NCBI RefSeq assembly: GCF_036321535.1
Contig: NC_087437.1
Span: 117,988,001-118,052,000 of the forward strand
Source: Camelus dromedarius
Lineage: Eukaryota
Direction: 5' to 3'
DNA length: 64,000 nt
A model generated the notes under the pieces. That model was not told the origin of the DNA. It did not search any database and was given only the letters and a program-made list of their open reading frames with translations. Below are positions 37,531 to 50,968 of the stretch, one piece after another. How positions within the stretch are numbered: the stretch's first letter is position 1; the number at the start of each line of letters is the position of its first letter. A program made the translations under genes and the position numbers.

Positions 37531-40500
37531 TGTTCCCTGAGTTGAGAGGCTCCCCCTGCATCTGGGATGTTTACATCATCATGTGTCCATTTACTGCCTG
37601 ATACACTTAGACTAAGAAAAAAATTAGTATTAACATAAGCCTGCAATTCCCCCCCCCCTTACTAATTAATGCATCTGACCAGAGTGGAAAAACATTTTTG
37701 AAAAATCAACTTCCATTACTTTTGTCACACACTTTCTGATATCATCAGAGACCTCGTTAACATGCGTACATGAGGTGTGTTTCTCCTGCTGTAGCAAGAA
37801 TAAGCCAGTGAGCAGGTGCCAATGCTCTCAAGGAGCTGTCAGATACAAACTACCCACAAGATCACTTTTTCAGTCTGTTACCTTCTCCAGGTAGCTATAA
37901 GAAATCACTGAAATTAAAATACATTGAAGGTCTTTAAGGTCTAATACAATCTTTAAGTCATTGATGATCAATCTCTTTAATTGAATGGTTTAATCAGGAT
38001 TCTATTTCCTTTGGATTTTTCAGCTCACCAAGATGGAGATCTAGTTCTGCCTATTTTTTTGCTATTGTTTGTTTGTTTGCTTTGTAAAAGCTGGATAACA
38101 TCTTCACTGTGTAACTTAAAATTCAGCCCAGAATTGCACACTGATCTCTTGCTATTGTGCATTGGTTATCCTTGATTACTACGGTAGTTTATCGCTGTCA
38201 CTAGTTCACTGACTAGGAGGACTTCTCTTTCAAGCTTTCAAAGGAAAGGTGCTATTCGCTTATTTTGTAACAGCTCCAAAGTTTCTCATTAGCAGCATTT
38301 AAGCATGTCTGGTAGAGCCAACCCACAGGACACAGACTTCTCACCCTCACTGTCCGCTTGGTCAGCTTTATAAGCTCGTGTCCCATGACTGGAATAGTGA
38401 GGGAAAGAAAGTGAAGACAAAAGGAAAGGAGCAGAGAGAAGATGAGAGGAGAGGAGGAGGAAGGAGGGAAGGGGACGTAAAAGAGACTTTGCTCATCATC
38501 CAGTACCAAGTCTGTACTGGGGACGGCGGCTGACTCCCAGGCCAGTGGAACCCAGGACTCGGGTCACAACCGTGGTCGTGGCTGTGAGGACTGAGCTGGA
38601 CATGAGGCCTCCAGCCCTGCCTTCATTCTTCCTTTTTTTCTTCTCCAAGTCCCAGCACTTTTCCTGTCTCAGCCCTTCCCCAGGTGAACAGAATTCTTGA
38701 AGTGGAATTCTATGGTCAGCAGGCACGACATGATGGTATACAAGACAAAGCAAGCTTTAAACTGGCGGTCTGGCTTGATACCAATTTTGTAAAGCAAAAG
38801 AAAAACCAGAGAGGTTCTGGAAAAGACTCGAACGTCACATACCATCAAGTGATAGTGGGGGTTCCGACCCCCGAGCCGCTCAAGTTCAGGGGCCGCCTTC
38901 TACACTGTGTTCTATGTGAATCTGGACTCCCCTCTTGGAATTGGGCCTGATTAATTACCTTGGGGTGAAGCAGTGAAACTATAAGTGCTTTTTATTTTCT
39001 TCTCGTATTTCTCTGTAGGTTTTAAACTATCCAAATGAAATGTATATTATTTTTATTGTCAGAAAAAAATCCCATTATTAAAAAAAATCTAGTGAAAATG
39101 GTATGTCACACCAGCTTTCATGTTTTCCTCTGTGGGAGATGCCCGGGGTAGTTATATGGTCCTCTGGTGTCACAGGACTCAGAAGAGCAAGGTAAGACTG
39201 AGGCTTCTGCCAGGTGGAAAGGAAGGTAAGACCTTGTTCATGATTTGGTTTCGTGGCTACCACTGTCTCCCATAACCTGCCTACGCGTTTCATAGTTAGT
39301 TGACAGAAGAGAAAAGCTCTGAGACAACCTCAGCAAGATAGAGTTGGAGGAACCAGTGGAAATGGACTTAGCTCACCATCACTCACAGGGTATGTCCAGA
39401 CCCAAACTGCTAGGGGCAGGCAGCTGAGTCCAGAAATTGTCAGAAAATCAGCACAGTTTTAAAACCACAATGTTTCATCATGTTATCCTGCAAAGGTAAA
39501 TAGAAAAGAACCATGTCCGTGGAGGTAAGTACTCTCACATGATAAAACTTCCTTCCAGTTATTTTTAACTGGTTTATTTACTGTTTAATTAAGCTAGGAA
39601 AGTCCAGAGTTGTTTATAATTCATTCATAACATTCTGCGAAAACATCTGGTAAATTCTAAGAAAACTTCTATCACTCGGACTTTTCTCAATCCTTCACAA
39701 CTGCTTTTTGCTGCCTCTGCCTCGTAGAATTCCAGAGAACACCTCTATGGCAAATGCTATACTGAGTTTTCTCCGCTTGATGAACACTGGGGGTCCCCTA
39801 ATCTCCCCCCATTTACAGGAACCCTTACATTACCGAGTGAACAGGGTGGTGCTAAGGTATGAGGTGGCTGTCAGAAACTTTTAGCTCCAAACATGTCAAT
39901 TAAACTACTCTTTGGGGATCTCAGCTCGGCATGAAGGATCTCCCCAGGAGTTGCTGATGACCGTGACATGCAGTGTTCCTCACTTAAAACCCCACTGCGA
40001 CTCCCATACTCAGTCCCTCTGCATGTGCTGATCCCAGCACCTGTGACTTCTAACACTCCACCAGCAACTCTATTAATCAAGTGTCTATCTATGAAATGAG
40101 CAAAGTAACTATAGCTCTTTTTCATTCAGGAAAATGTTTAAAATGCTGCCAAGAACCATTAAAAAAAAAAAGACACAAAATCATCCACTGTAAAGTGTAA
40201 ATTGAAGATAACATTCTTAACTAACTTGTGTTTCTTTTGAGACTCTTAAAGGTTTACTGGGAAAGCTTTGTAATGAATGCACTGCATGCTTGCATTCAAA
40301 GATATGCAACCAGTTTTATAAGCAGCTCTGTTAATCTCCAAGACAAACGAGCACTGTCAAGACTTCCTCACCGCTGATCTCAACAGCCAAGCTAGCGTGC
40401 GCTGGGGACAGTGACGACATCTATCACACGGGTTTTCAGACAAGCAATAAAGAATGAGTATTCCAGCTAATTAGATCCCTGGTTTGAAGGTTTGAGGCCA

Positions 40501-43500
40501 TTTTCTAGAACCCCTGCTGCCCCGGGCTTTCCCTGATAGACATGAAAAATGCCAATGGGAGCTGCTGACTCACTGACTTCATAGAAGAAAGATGAAAGAA
40601 TCCAAGGCTGTTTGACCATTTATTTGCTCCATCTCGCTGGAGTGGGAAAACTGAGAGGCTCAGAGTCGGCTTCATTCGGATACAGAGTGGTACACGGTAT
40701 TTGAGGATCAATTACTGACTGAAAGCAGCAGATTAGGAAGAGTTAGGAGCCCTTTCTACACCCCGAAACCTCGTGTGCTCACCAAAATGTCGAGTTTATA
40801 GATGTGGCCAAAGGAAATGGTGGTTCTCTAGGAAGAGAAAACATATCTTTTTTGCCTTATTGTGTTGGTAAAACATTGACTCCAAGTATAATATGGAAAA
40901 TGTTGATCAGGTAGTAATCAAAGGAGGAAAAATATACTTTGCCTTACTGTTACTAAAACATTAACCGCAAATATAAAGCATATTATGAGAGAAGTGACAC
41001 TTTGATTTGAAAATAGACCTTCCTTGTTAAAACAACAGCAACCATTATTAAATGCCAGGGTCTGATTTCAGAGAATAAGTAGTCTCTTATGTCATTAAAA
41101 CAGGCAGCTCTTCCGTTTAACCATGGATGACAAACAGTAGTCACACATTTACATACAGGGTGCTTGCTGTCTTGATATAGCGGTTAACTCATGCACTTCT
41201 GATGTATATTTCCCTTTTCTTCTTTTTTAAATAAGCTGCATTTACAGGAGGTGGTTAGATCTGCCCTCTGTGCAGACCTATGTGGCAACTTCCTCTGTGT
41301 CCCTCAGCCTCTCGCTCTCTTCCACACACTTGTGAACTGATGCCTCCTGATACAGCTGCTTTACAGAAACACCAATCCCTGTACCTTTGGGATCAGAAAT
41401 CCACAGGTATTTGCTAAATGTAGTTGTGAAAAAATGGGCAGAGTTTAATGTTTTGTTTTGCTTTGTTTTATTTGCTAAAGTGGAACAACTTTAAATCAAC
41501 AGATCGTCTTTAATCTGGTTATAGGGAAGGGTGTGACAGGATACACATCACACCATCAGACAGGAAGGAGACTGTTACCTGTGGGTATTCACCATACAAT
41601 TTACCAAATCGTTCAGCTCGCAAAACCAAGCAAGAACTGCTTGTGGGACTTTTGGAAAATAAATGAAATAAATCCATAATGAAATAGGTCAAATGGAATA
41701 TGCTGAGATTTACACTTCATCCACATTTCAAATGGACATTAACATGCTACCTACAACTCAAAAGGAGACGGGGAAATATCCCCAAAGTCTATTTTTTATT
41801 ATTAGAATAAACCCAATTGTTAAATGCAATCTGGTCATGGTAAAAAGATCCCAAGCACAGGTTAATTTAAATCAAATTGAAATAAGCTAACTAAAGAGTT
41901 TGGCATTTAAATATGCAGAAAAACATTTTGATGGGAAGAATAATGGCCAAATGATGCATTTCTGAAGCAAAGTTTGGATCTTGAGTACTAAGAACATGGT
42001 AAGAACAGGACCAGGGCCCAACACGGGTAAGCTGTCCAATGTCTAAAACACAAAGTTCTCACTGCTTCCTCTTGCAACTGCACTTTGCACTCATTGAAAA
42101 AGTTGTTTCCACCTCTATCCCCCAAATTCTGCCTCTTTGATGTTGTTCTAGTGGAGTCGTATGCCACACGGGAAAGGGGAAAGCTTTCACTGGACTCTCA
42201 GTTTCCTAAAGCACAGTCATTTGCAGCCACAGATTCCAAGGAAATAAAACAGTAAGCAGAATGTAAAAGCCATGTGGATAGTGAACCCCAAAGACCTGAG
42301 ATGATGCCAAATCTCTCCACCACTTCCTACTGATCTACTGATTAGCGAAGGCTCTTTGACCAAGATGCTTCTCTTTTGCACTAGAGGCTGGAGAAATCGC
42401 TGGCAGACCCTGCCAGCATGCAGATGCCTGAGGGACCGCATTTTCCATTCTTCACTGAGAGGACTTTGCGGGGGTGCTCTTTGCTCATCTCACTCAGAGG
42501 CAGGGGACTGTCCCTGATTTCCCAGGGGGCCCGGGCACGTTCACCCCAATGGCAGATGCCAACAATGCAGTGGACGCAGCTTGACAAGGAAGACCTGACA
42601 CAGACGTGGACCCCGCAATGAGCGGCTGGCCAGTGGCAATCCTGTGTGAGAATCGCATCGCATCACATTAAAGAGCAAGGATAAGGCCTAAGCACAATAC
42701 CTTAATGACTCGTAAAGCTCTAAAAATTTCATACGTGCATTGTGAAGCAAAAAAAAACTAGAAGACAAAGCAACTTGCATAAGAAATGCTTGGAAATTTT
42801 TTTTTCCGAAAGATCCCAAAACTGCCCCCCAAACATTCCAAGATAAATAACAAAACGATCACTATAAAACACTTATAAATACAGATAAATCTAACATAGA
42901 AATAAACACTGTATTGGTTATGCTTCAATCAAAGACAATCACATTTAGAGGAGAATTTATTCCTGTCAGTAGGGCTGGTATTTTTATCCCTAATAGTCTA
43001 GTTGCATAGTCAGACATCAGCAGTTGTTGCCTTCTAATAAATACTTTTGACAATTAAAATATATCTTTACTTTTAAATAATGAGTTGTTCAAGATATCAG
43101 TACTGTACTTATCTACATATTAGAATAAAAGCAAGAAATTTTTATTTGAGAAAAGTTTATCATGTTTATGCTATAGTTCAAAAATTCCATAAAATTCCTG
43201 CCTTTTAAAAATATGTCAGAATTGTTTTGTGCACATATGTGTTAATCATAAAAGTTACATTTATTGGGAGGATAATAAAATTCTATTAATTTGCTTAATT
43301 CTGTTTGTGGAATAGGGCTTTTCCAGTTCAGCAATTGCTTTCCCATGTTCTCAGCCACTCTTGAGAAAGGAGAGAGAGAACGGATAATTTCATGCCCATT
43401 TTACAGATAAAGAAATGAAAAGAAATTTTTTAACAGCCCTCATGAAAGTGATGTTAAAAATATAGTCACATATAGATACAATCAAAGGCAAAGAATTAAG

Positions 43501-44084
43501 GTCATTCCATGAATTTCTTGGTTAGAGTAACACATGAGAGCTCCCACTGAAAAAAAACATTATAAATTTAATGTATGTTACTTAATAACAAAAATAATCA
43601 AGACAGAACATGATTCTGGTTGAGCAAATTAACCATTTCTTCAAAGAAAACAGCTCTTCAATCAAAAAAAAAATGCAAAGGATCAAACCAGAATCAGATT
43701 ATTAATGAAACTCCCATGAGTCTCTTTATCTTATAATTCTTCACTGAATAAAATTAGAATCCTGTACTTCCACCAAAACAAGCCACTCACAACTCTGATT
43801 ATCAGCTGACCTAAAAGGTACTAGAGTTGAGGTCCAGCTGCAAGGAAAAGACTTGCACACAGAGTAGCGTTCTCTGGAAGGAGGACAGAGGGAAGCAGGT
43901 TGTATAGTTTTGCAAGAAGAAGGTGTGTGTGTGTGTGTCTGGACAAGAGAATCCACCTAACAGTGTTGTCCTTCTAATTAAACTTGATTCAACGGTCGCA
44001 AATGAGAAGAAATTAATTTGTCCATTCTACCTGGACTGAATCCTGCTCTTTCACACTCACAAGAACAACTGAGTCTATTTCCCT

Positions 44085-44205
44085 TCATTTCTACCATTTA
44101 ACAAATATCAATTTAACACCTGCTCAGGGTAGTCACCCCACTGCACGTTGGAGATACAACAGCAAGTAGACAAGCATAATCATTGTCCTTCTAAACCTTA
44201 CAGCT
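44085..44205 (-). mobile_element. L2 3'-end fragment
   Basis: catttaacaaatat...aacacctgct...ggagatacaacagc. Confidence 0.5.
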
Positions 44206-44597
44206 ATGACTTCAAGCTGTTGGAAATATGGACATCTTGCGATGTTCTGGAGCCAAAAATGTCAGAGACAGAGACATTTAATGATCTTCAAGGCCTGTAG
44301 GAGAAGGGAGAGGGCAGCGTGTGGGAGACTTTCTTCAAGTTGCGTTATTCTATGTCCATCTATTGCCAAGAGCAAGTAGATCTCAGGTTTCCTATAATTA
44401 GACATTTCTTAGGAAAGCACCAACTTCTGACTACTTGGTTAATCAGTAATGAAAATCGTCATCAATTTGTTAATTTGTACCTTTGCATATCATCTTTAAA
44501 TCTCACTGTATGTTTCATCTTTGGCGAATGCATACCACCCTGTATAGTTACATGCTTTAGGAGTAATAGCGCATTAGCCTCCCCTGTTCATACTCGG

Positions 44598-44616
44598 GCA
44601 GTGCCCCCTGCTGGAC
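44598..44616 (-). promoter_or_regulatory. Candidate CTCF site, reverse orientation
   Basis: gtgccccctgctgg at 44601-44614 reads CCAGCAGGGGGCAC on the minus strand, a full match to CCASYAGRKGGCRS. Confidence 0.65.
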
Positions 44617-44954
44617 CTTTTAACAGCACAACCGCATCCTGGAAGGCTCTGAGATCAGCAGGGAAGGGACTACAGATACTTCCAGCAGCCTCAGTGCTTG
44701 CCCATTTGCTCCAAAACTTCTGACTGCAAGCCTCAATGGTGCATAAAAGGGGCTCTCATGTTCCCCTCTTCTATCTTTTTCTTACTACCTCTTTCTTTTC
44801 TCTCTCACTTTTGTCTGTCTGTCTTCCTGGCATCCTCCTCTGCTTTACTCAGCCCACCTTGTCTTTTTGTCTTCTCTTCTCTCCACCCCACCATGAATAC
44901 TATGGAATTTCACTCTGAGCAGACAGGTGTTATTCTCCACAACAAAGAACATGC

Positions 44955-46150
44955 ATTAATGTTCTCCTACAGCAGTCTACCCAAGCAACAGAAATAAAAG
45001 CAAAAATAAACAAATGGGACCTAATTAAACTTACAAGCTTTTGCAAAGCAAAGGAAACCATCCAAAAGCAAAACAAAATGACAACCTATGGAATGGGACA
45101 AAATATTTGCAAAAGATTAAAACTGGCAAGGGCTTGATTTCCAGACTATATAAATAGCTCACATGACTTGATAAGAAAAAAACAACCCAATCCAAAAATG
45201 GGCAGAAGACCTAAACAAGCAATTCTCCAAGGAAGAAATACAAATGATCAACAGGCACATGAAAAAATGCTCAATATCACTAATTATCAGAGAAATGCAA
45301 ATCAAAACTACAATGAGGTATCACCTCACACCAGCCAGAATGGCCATCATTCGAAAGTCCACAAATGACAAATGCTGGAGAGGCTGTGGAGAAAAGGGAA
45401 CCCTCCTACACTGCTGGTAGGAATGCAGTTTGGTGCAGCCACTGTGGAAAACAGTATGGAGATTCCTCAAAAGACTAGGAATAGACTTATCATATGACCC
45501 AGCAATCCCACTCCTGGGCTTATATCCAGAGGGAACTCTAATTCAAAAAGACACCTGCACCCCAGTGTTCATAGCAGCACTATGTACAATAGCCAAGACA
45601 TGGAAACAACCTAAATGTTTCCATCAACAGATGACTAGATAAAGAAGTTGTGGTACAATTTATACAATGGAATACTACTCATCCATAAAAATGATAAAAT
45701 AATGCCATTTGCAGCAACATGGATGTTACTGGAGAATGCCATTCTAAGTGAAGTAAGCCAGAAAGCAGAAGAAAGATACCATGAGATCACTCATATGTGA
45801 AATTTAAAAAAAAAATAAAAAGCCAAATGAACTTACATATAAAATAGAAACAGACTCACAGACATAGAATACAGACTTGTGGTTGCCAGCGGGGAGGAGG
45901 GAGGGAAGGGATAAACTGGGAGTTTGAGATTTGCAGATACTGACTGGTATATATGAAACAGATAAACAAGTTTATACTTTGTAGCACAGGGAAGCAGATT
46001 CAATACCTTGTAGTAGCTTACAGTGAAAAAGAAAATGAAAAATTTATATTTATATATATATATGTATATATATATTCATGTATGATAGGATTGTGCTGTA
46101 CACCAGAAATGGACACAACCTTGTAAACTGACTATAACTCAATAATAAAT
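44955..46150 (+). mobile_element. 5'-truncated L1 (ORF2 C-terminus plus 3'UTR), related to 1-3803
   Basis: Colinear with roughly 2640-3600 of the first L1. The peptide [28 protein letters not shown] is present. Confidence 0.95.
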
Positions 46151-47839
46151 GAAACACTCAGATCACTCACCTCTCTGAGATGTAATTTGCCCTTGAACAA
46201 AAAGAGGTTGCTGTCAGGGCATCCTGTCAAGACAGGAGTAAAATCACGCCCAGGATATACGGGTACATCGTTCACACAAGTGCAGGAACGACAGTGGTCA
46301 AGAGAATGAAAATCCCTCTCGGGAACAAACAAAAATTTAAGAACTAAAACAGGCGTATGGGTGTCGACTAAATGGAGATAATACAAGAAAAATAACATAT
46401 TTAGAAGTCAGATTTAAAAATCAGAAAATGCATATAATAATGAAGAAAACATAAGAACAGTCAAAAACAGTCATACAGTTCTCCAGGAACCGAATCACAG
46501 ATTGGAAGAGGCAACAGAAAGGCACTTCATAAATTCCTGAGGCTTTGGTCTCAAAACTGCTGGGTAAATAGGCGGTGAGAGACTGTACAGAATCCATATG
46601 GAAATCCGAGGCCACGTGTGTAAGCAGAGACAGGCGTCAGCTGGGCACGAACCAGCAGTCACACATTTTTCTTAAAAATGTCGCCTTTGAAAAAATGAAA
46701 ACTTCCTGAGATAATTTAAGAGAAACCGTGACAAGTACAAAGACAATCCAATGAATATGGTAATCCATACCCCATGTTCCCGCAGGGTTACCTTAGAGCT
46801 GCCAGGGTCACCTCCATCCTACCTGCTCTATTTACAATTCCAGAAACACCTTTCCTCCCACCGAGCCAGGCGTCCTGCGGTGCTTCAACATCCCAGGGAA
46901 AATGAACAAGGTTGTCTTACTAATTTTACTATATCACACTTACTCCTCTTAAAACACAGCTCACTGTTAGAACTCTGGATGAGTAAAATGCCCCAGGCTG
47001 CAACTTAACACATCAGAAAATCGGAGCCCATCTCCTTACTCAAAAGAAAGCTCAGCACCTCTGGATCTTGGTTTTCCCTCCTGACGTTGCATAAAGCAGG
47101 TAGAGATTTCAGTAAACTACAGTCAGACAACCCAGGTTGTATCAGTGCATATTCCAATGCTCTGTGGCAATATCTAACAGTGTAAAGGAGATGAAAAAAA
47201 TATTGACATTCATTTAAATATGAAAGCAGATCTTTTTTTCTTTATAGCGCAAAGTAACAGCATGCACAGATGGACCTGAGAGCAGTCTGATTTCATTCTT
47301 TGTTTTCTCTTCTGTAGTAGTAAATGTGATAGAAATGTGTGATATCTGCTAAGTAATAGTGGTTATTAAACCATCTCTAATACAGGTTTATGGACGAGCT
47401 AATCAAACTCTGGGTATTCTTGTCCCATGAGACTCTGAAGAGAGCAGCTCTGATTGACATGGACAGATGTTGAGTGGGTCAGCTGATCACTCCATTCCAG
47501 AACAGTGGCACGTGTGTAGTTTGGGAAGGAAGAGGGGAAAGAACATACAACAGTGTTTTTAAGAAGAGGTGGGCAGTGTGCAGAATTTATTTTTATTTTT
47601 CCTTAAAGAATGAGTTCCCAGACTTTATTAAAATCTAGACCTTCTATATGTAGAAGTATACCACTTCCCTAGGTCTCTGAATGTAACAGAAATGTCTCTA
47701 TTGATATTCTGAAATGGGAAATAGCCTTTTCTGAATGTGTCAAATGTTTTGAAGGAGTACCATTTCTACAGCAATGGTTTCTTAATGCTGTTTCTGAAAT
47801 TTTGAAAATGATCATTTTATCAAAAGCTATATACTCCAT

Positions 47840-48170
47840 TAATTGTTAACTTATAATTTTGGAAAAAATACAAAGAAACATCTACAAAAGTGATCATTTC
47901 ATCTGCAGCGTAGCTTTCACTGAGCGTTGCTACTTGATAACAATTTGTCACTTTTTCTCCATCATTTTCTCTTTTTCTATCTGCAATAATAATATTGTTC
48001 TTGCTGCTGTTCCACAATTTAAAAGTAAGCTGTATATCTGATGCCCCTTTGCCCCTAAATACTTCCACACTGTCTTCTAAGAATAAGGACAGGCATTTAT
48101 ATACTACAAAACATTGATCAGTTTTCGAAAATGAAGATTTAACTGTGAATGCCTTTGAATTTAGTAATGT
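47840..48170 (-). mobile_element. Old L1 (L1MC-like) 3' fragment
   Basis: atgccccttt-gcccctaaatacttcc...ttctaagaataaggac is typical of an antisense L1MC 3'UTR. Confidence 0.55.
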
Positions 48171-48937
48171 ACAAATGGTAGTGTCATAAAACTCCAATCG
48201 CAGGCAAAGATACTTTTCCTTAACTATAAATGGTTTTTTCTGACTCCTCACTCCAGGAAACTAAGAGTAAAAGCTTCCTGAGGGCAAAGATTGTCTTTCT
48301 TATTCCCAGGTGCCCGGGAGCTCCCAGGAGAGCCTCACAACAGTACACGTGTAGACAATGCTTAATGACTTCAAAAATTATTCTTCAAATTGCATTTAAT
48401 GACTAAAGTATCCCACATGTCTAGAGTAATGTATTAAGTGATTCTCGGGTATGTCCAATGTCAATAAGGTTGACATGAACCCATGTATTTGGCAATGTGG
48501 TCGTTTTTCTGAACATGAGCATTTTTTTCCCCACATATAACCCTCAAACATCACCCTGATTCTTGATCAATTCTGAAAAGCCCTTGGCATCTGTACCATT
48601 GATTTGGACTTTCACCATCCAGTGCAAACACCCACGGATAAGGATGGTTATCATTTTAGGTTGATCGTGGGATCACTGAATTGGGATATCCTTTTATCTC
48701 CCTTCAGTGTCAAAAAGAAAAAAAAAATCTTTCAAAAAGTAAAGCAAGACTCTCCAAACTGACTTCTATGAAAATTAATTTTTTAATAACTGCTCGGTTT
48801 TATCACTACTTCCCCCAATGCTAATTAATTCTAACTCTAAACTATGTAATTATAATACTTCTGCTGAAATACAAATTATCTGGTGCCCCTGGGGTGAACA
48901 AGTTGGAATATATTTCACGTTCCATTCAGCGATTTCT

Positions 48938-49514
48938 GAGACCATGGAAACAATGTAGCCGCCCCCGGCGGGTGCCCCTCCCCCCAAACGTTTGCAGTTC
49001 TGTTTCTTCCTCTTTAGCAAGAAGATGGCAACGGAGCTGACAGTTGGCATCCAGTCAGTTTAATGCCTCTCTCTACACGGCTGGGAGGCACGGTGGCATG
49101 CCAAGTTATTTTTGGCCAGGCACCGAAACGCACAGAACCTTCAGGAGCCTTCATTTAGTCAGTGGCCTAAGTGGCCGCCCATACACCTGCAGAATGTGAA
49201 TTGACGTTGCCATGGAAATAGAACAACTCTTCCCGGTTCTGTCAAAATTCATCTCTATCTGCAACTAGGCAGGGGTCAGGAAGGGAAGAAACACCAGCTC
49301 CAGGGAGAAAACAGGAGGGAGGGACTGCAGCACCCGACAGCACTGGAAGAACCCAAATGGCTTCTGCTGCTAACAGAGTCAACACATGTTATTGCCTTTA
49401 GAAGCCAAATCTCCTTTTTTTTCTTTCTTTCATTAGATGGTAGCTAATCCAAGTTTTTTTGTTGTTTTTTTTTCCTGTAACCTCAAACCAGCATTCACAG
49501 GGCTGCCATGTAAC
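48938..49514. promoter_or_regulatory. Candidate enhancer with clustered RFX X-box-like motifs
   Basis: GTTGCCATGGAAAT (49206-49219), GAGACCATGGAAAC (48938-48951), ATGGCAAC (49025-49032) and GCTGCCATGTAAC (49502-49514), with local CpG retention. Confidence 0.45.
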
Positions 49515-50528
49515 ATCTTTAGGGCCCTGGTTCCTCCACTGTCATGTGACCAGATGCTTGCAGAACCCTCTGATTAGTTATTTCCACAATATGCCATTTA
49601 ATGTTCTGTTTTCAGTCTTAACAGACATCAATTAGCCCATTCTGCCTGGAACCTGAACAGAAATGTCACCATTTAAGTACAAGGCAATAGGGCCTGGCAT
49701 GAAGGAACAGCAAGCAAGTAAGAGCCTTGAAAGGAGCCGAGATGACTTCTGTGGGCCTCCGGGTTGCAGTTCTGTGATGATGCTCAGGCCTTAGCACTTG
49801 AGAATGCAGCAGACAGGTCGGAAGCGTGCTGTCCATGACAAGGCCTGGCCTCCCATCCCTGTCACTGGGAACCTGCAGGTGCAGCCTGGTCCTGCTTTTG
49901 GCCTGGAGCCAGCCCACTGGTCTCACCTTGAGTCAACTGCTCCGGCCCACATGTGGCTCTGAGGCCCAGCTCTCGAGCCCAGGCTCGGGGCCCCACGCTC
50001 TGCTGGCCCAGCCCCGGGCTGACCACCTACTATTGCAGAGGTATTGCTACTTCACGTGCACCCACTGTCCAGCAGTGCAGCCCAAGGAGGGGATGCGGAA
50101 CCTTGACAATGGTGATACCACACATGTGTGAACATTGGGTACCCCAGTTCCGTAGGAATCTGTGTGCCCATTCTAGCAGACCCGTAGCATAGAAGGACAT
50201 CACCCTTGTGTCTGACCACTTACAAGAGGCCCCAAAGGCCTGAGATATGTCCTGCTTTGCTATTTGAATGAAGCATGAGCCCAGTCATCAGCTGACATGG
50301 GGCAGCCAGTCAGTTAAACAGCCTTGAAGACCATATGACACAGGTGGTCAATGAGCCTATGCCCTTATCTACATGCCATCCCCACCTGAAATGTCTATGA
50401 AGCTATATGCCAATTTCAGGAAGAAAATCCATGCAGCATCACACGTATGAACCTGGTAATTCAAGAAAATGTTCAAGTAGCCCTCTAGTTTAGCCCCCGT
50501 AGATGTGTGCAGGGGCGGCATGCAGGTA

Positions 50529-50968
50529 TGTGGTGGTCAGTTTTAAGTCAACGTGGCCAGAATGCAGAACACAGTTATTTCATCAAATACTAATCTAGAT
50601 GTTGCTGTGAAGGTACTTTGCAGATGTGGTGAAGATCTGCATCAGCTGGCTTTACTGAAAAGACATCCTTGATGGTAGAGGTGGGCCTCATCCAGCCAGC
50701 TGAAGGCTTTAAGAGCAAGCACTGAGTTTCCTGGAGACAAAATTCTTATTTAAGACTAGAGGATAGAACTCCTGCCTGAACTGTCAGGCCATAAGCATGT
50801 GAGCCAGTTCTTAAAATCAACCTCTGTGTCTGTGCGTGTGCGCGCGCAAGCATGTGTGTGTGTGCCCATGTGCGTGTGTGTATCTTACTGGTTGTGTTTC
50901 TCATGCATGTGTGTGTGTGCCCGTGTGTGTATCTTATTGGTTGTGTTTCTCTGAAGAACCCTAATACA
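50529..50968 (+). mobile_element. ERVL solo LTR (MLT2B/D-like)
   Basis: TG...CA termini, tctagatgttgctgtgaaggta, gtgggcctcatcc and a TG-rich tract before tctctgaagaaccctaataca. The 5-bp flanks aggta/atgta match 4/5. Confidence 0.88.
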
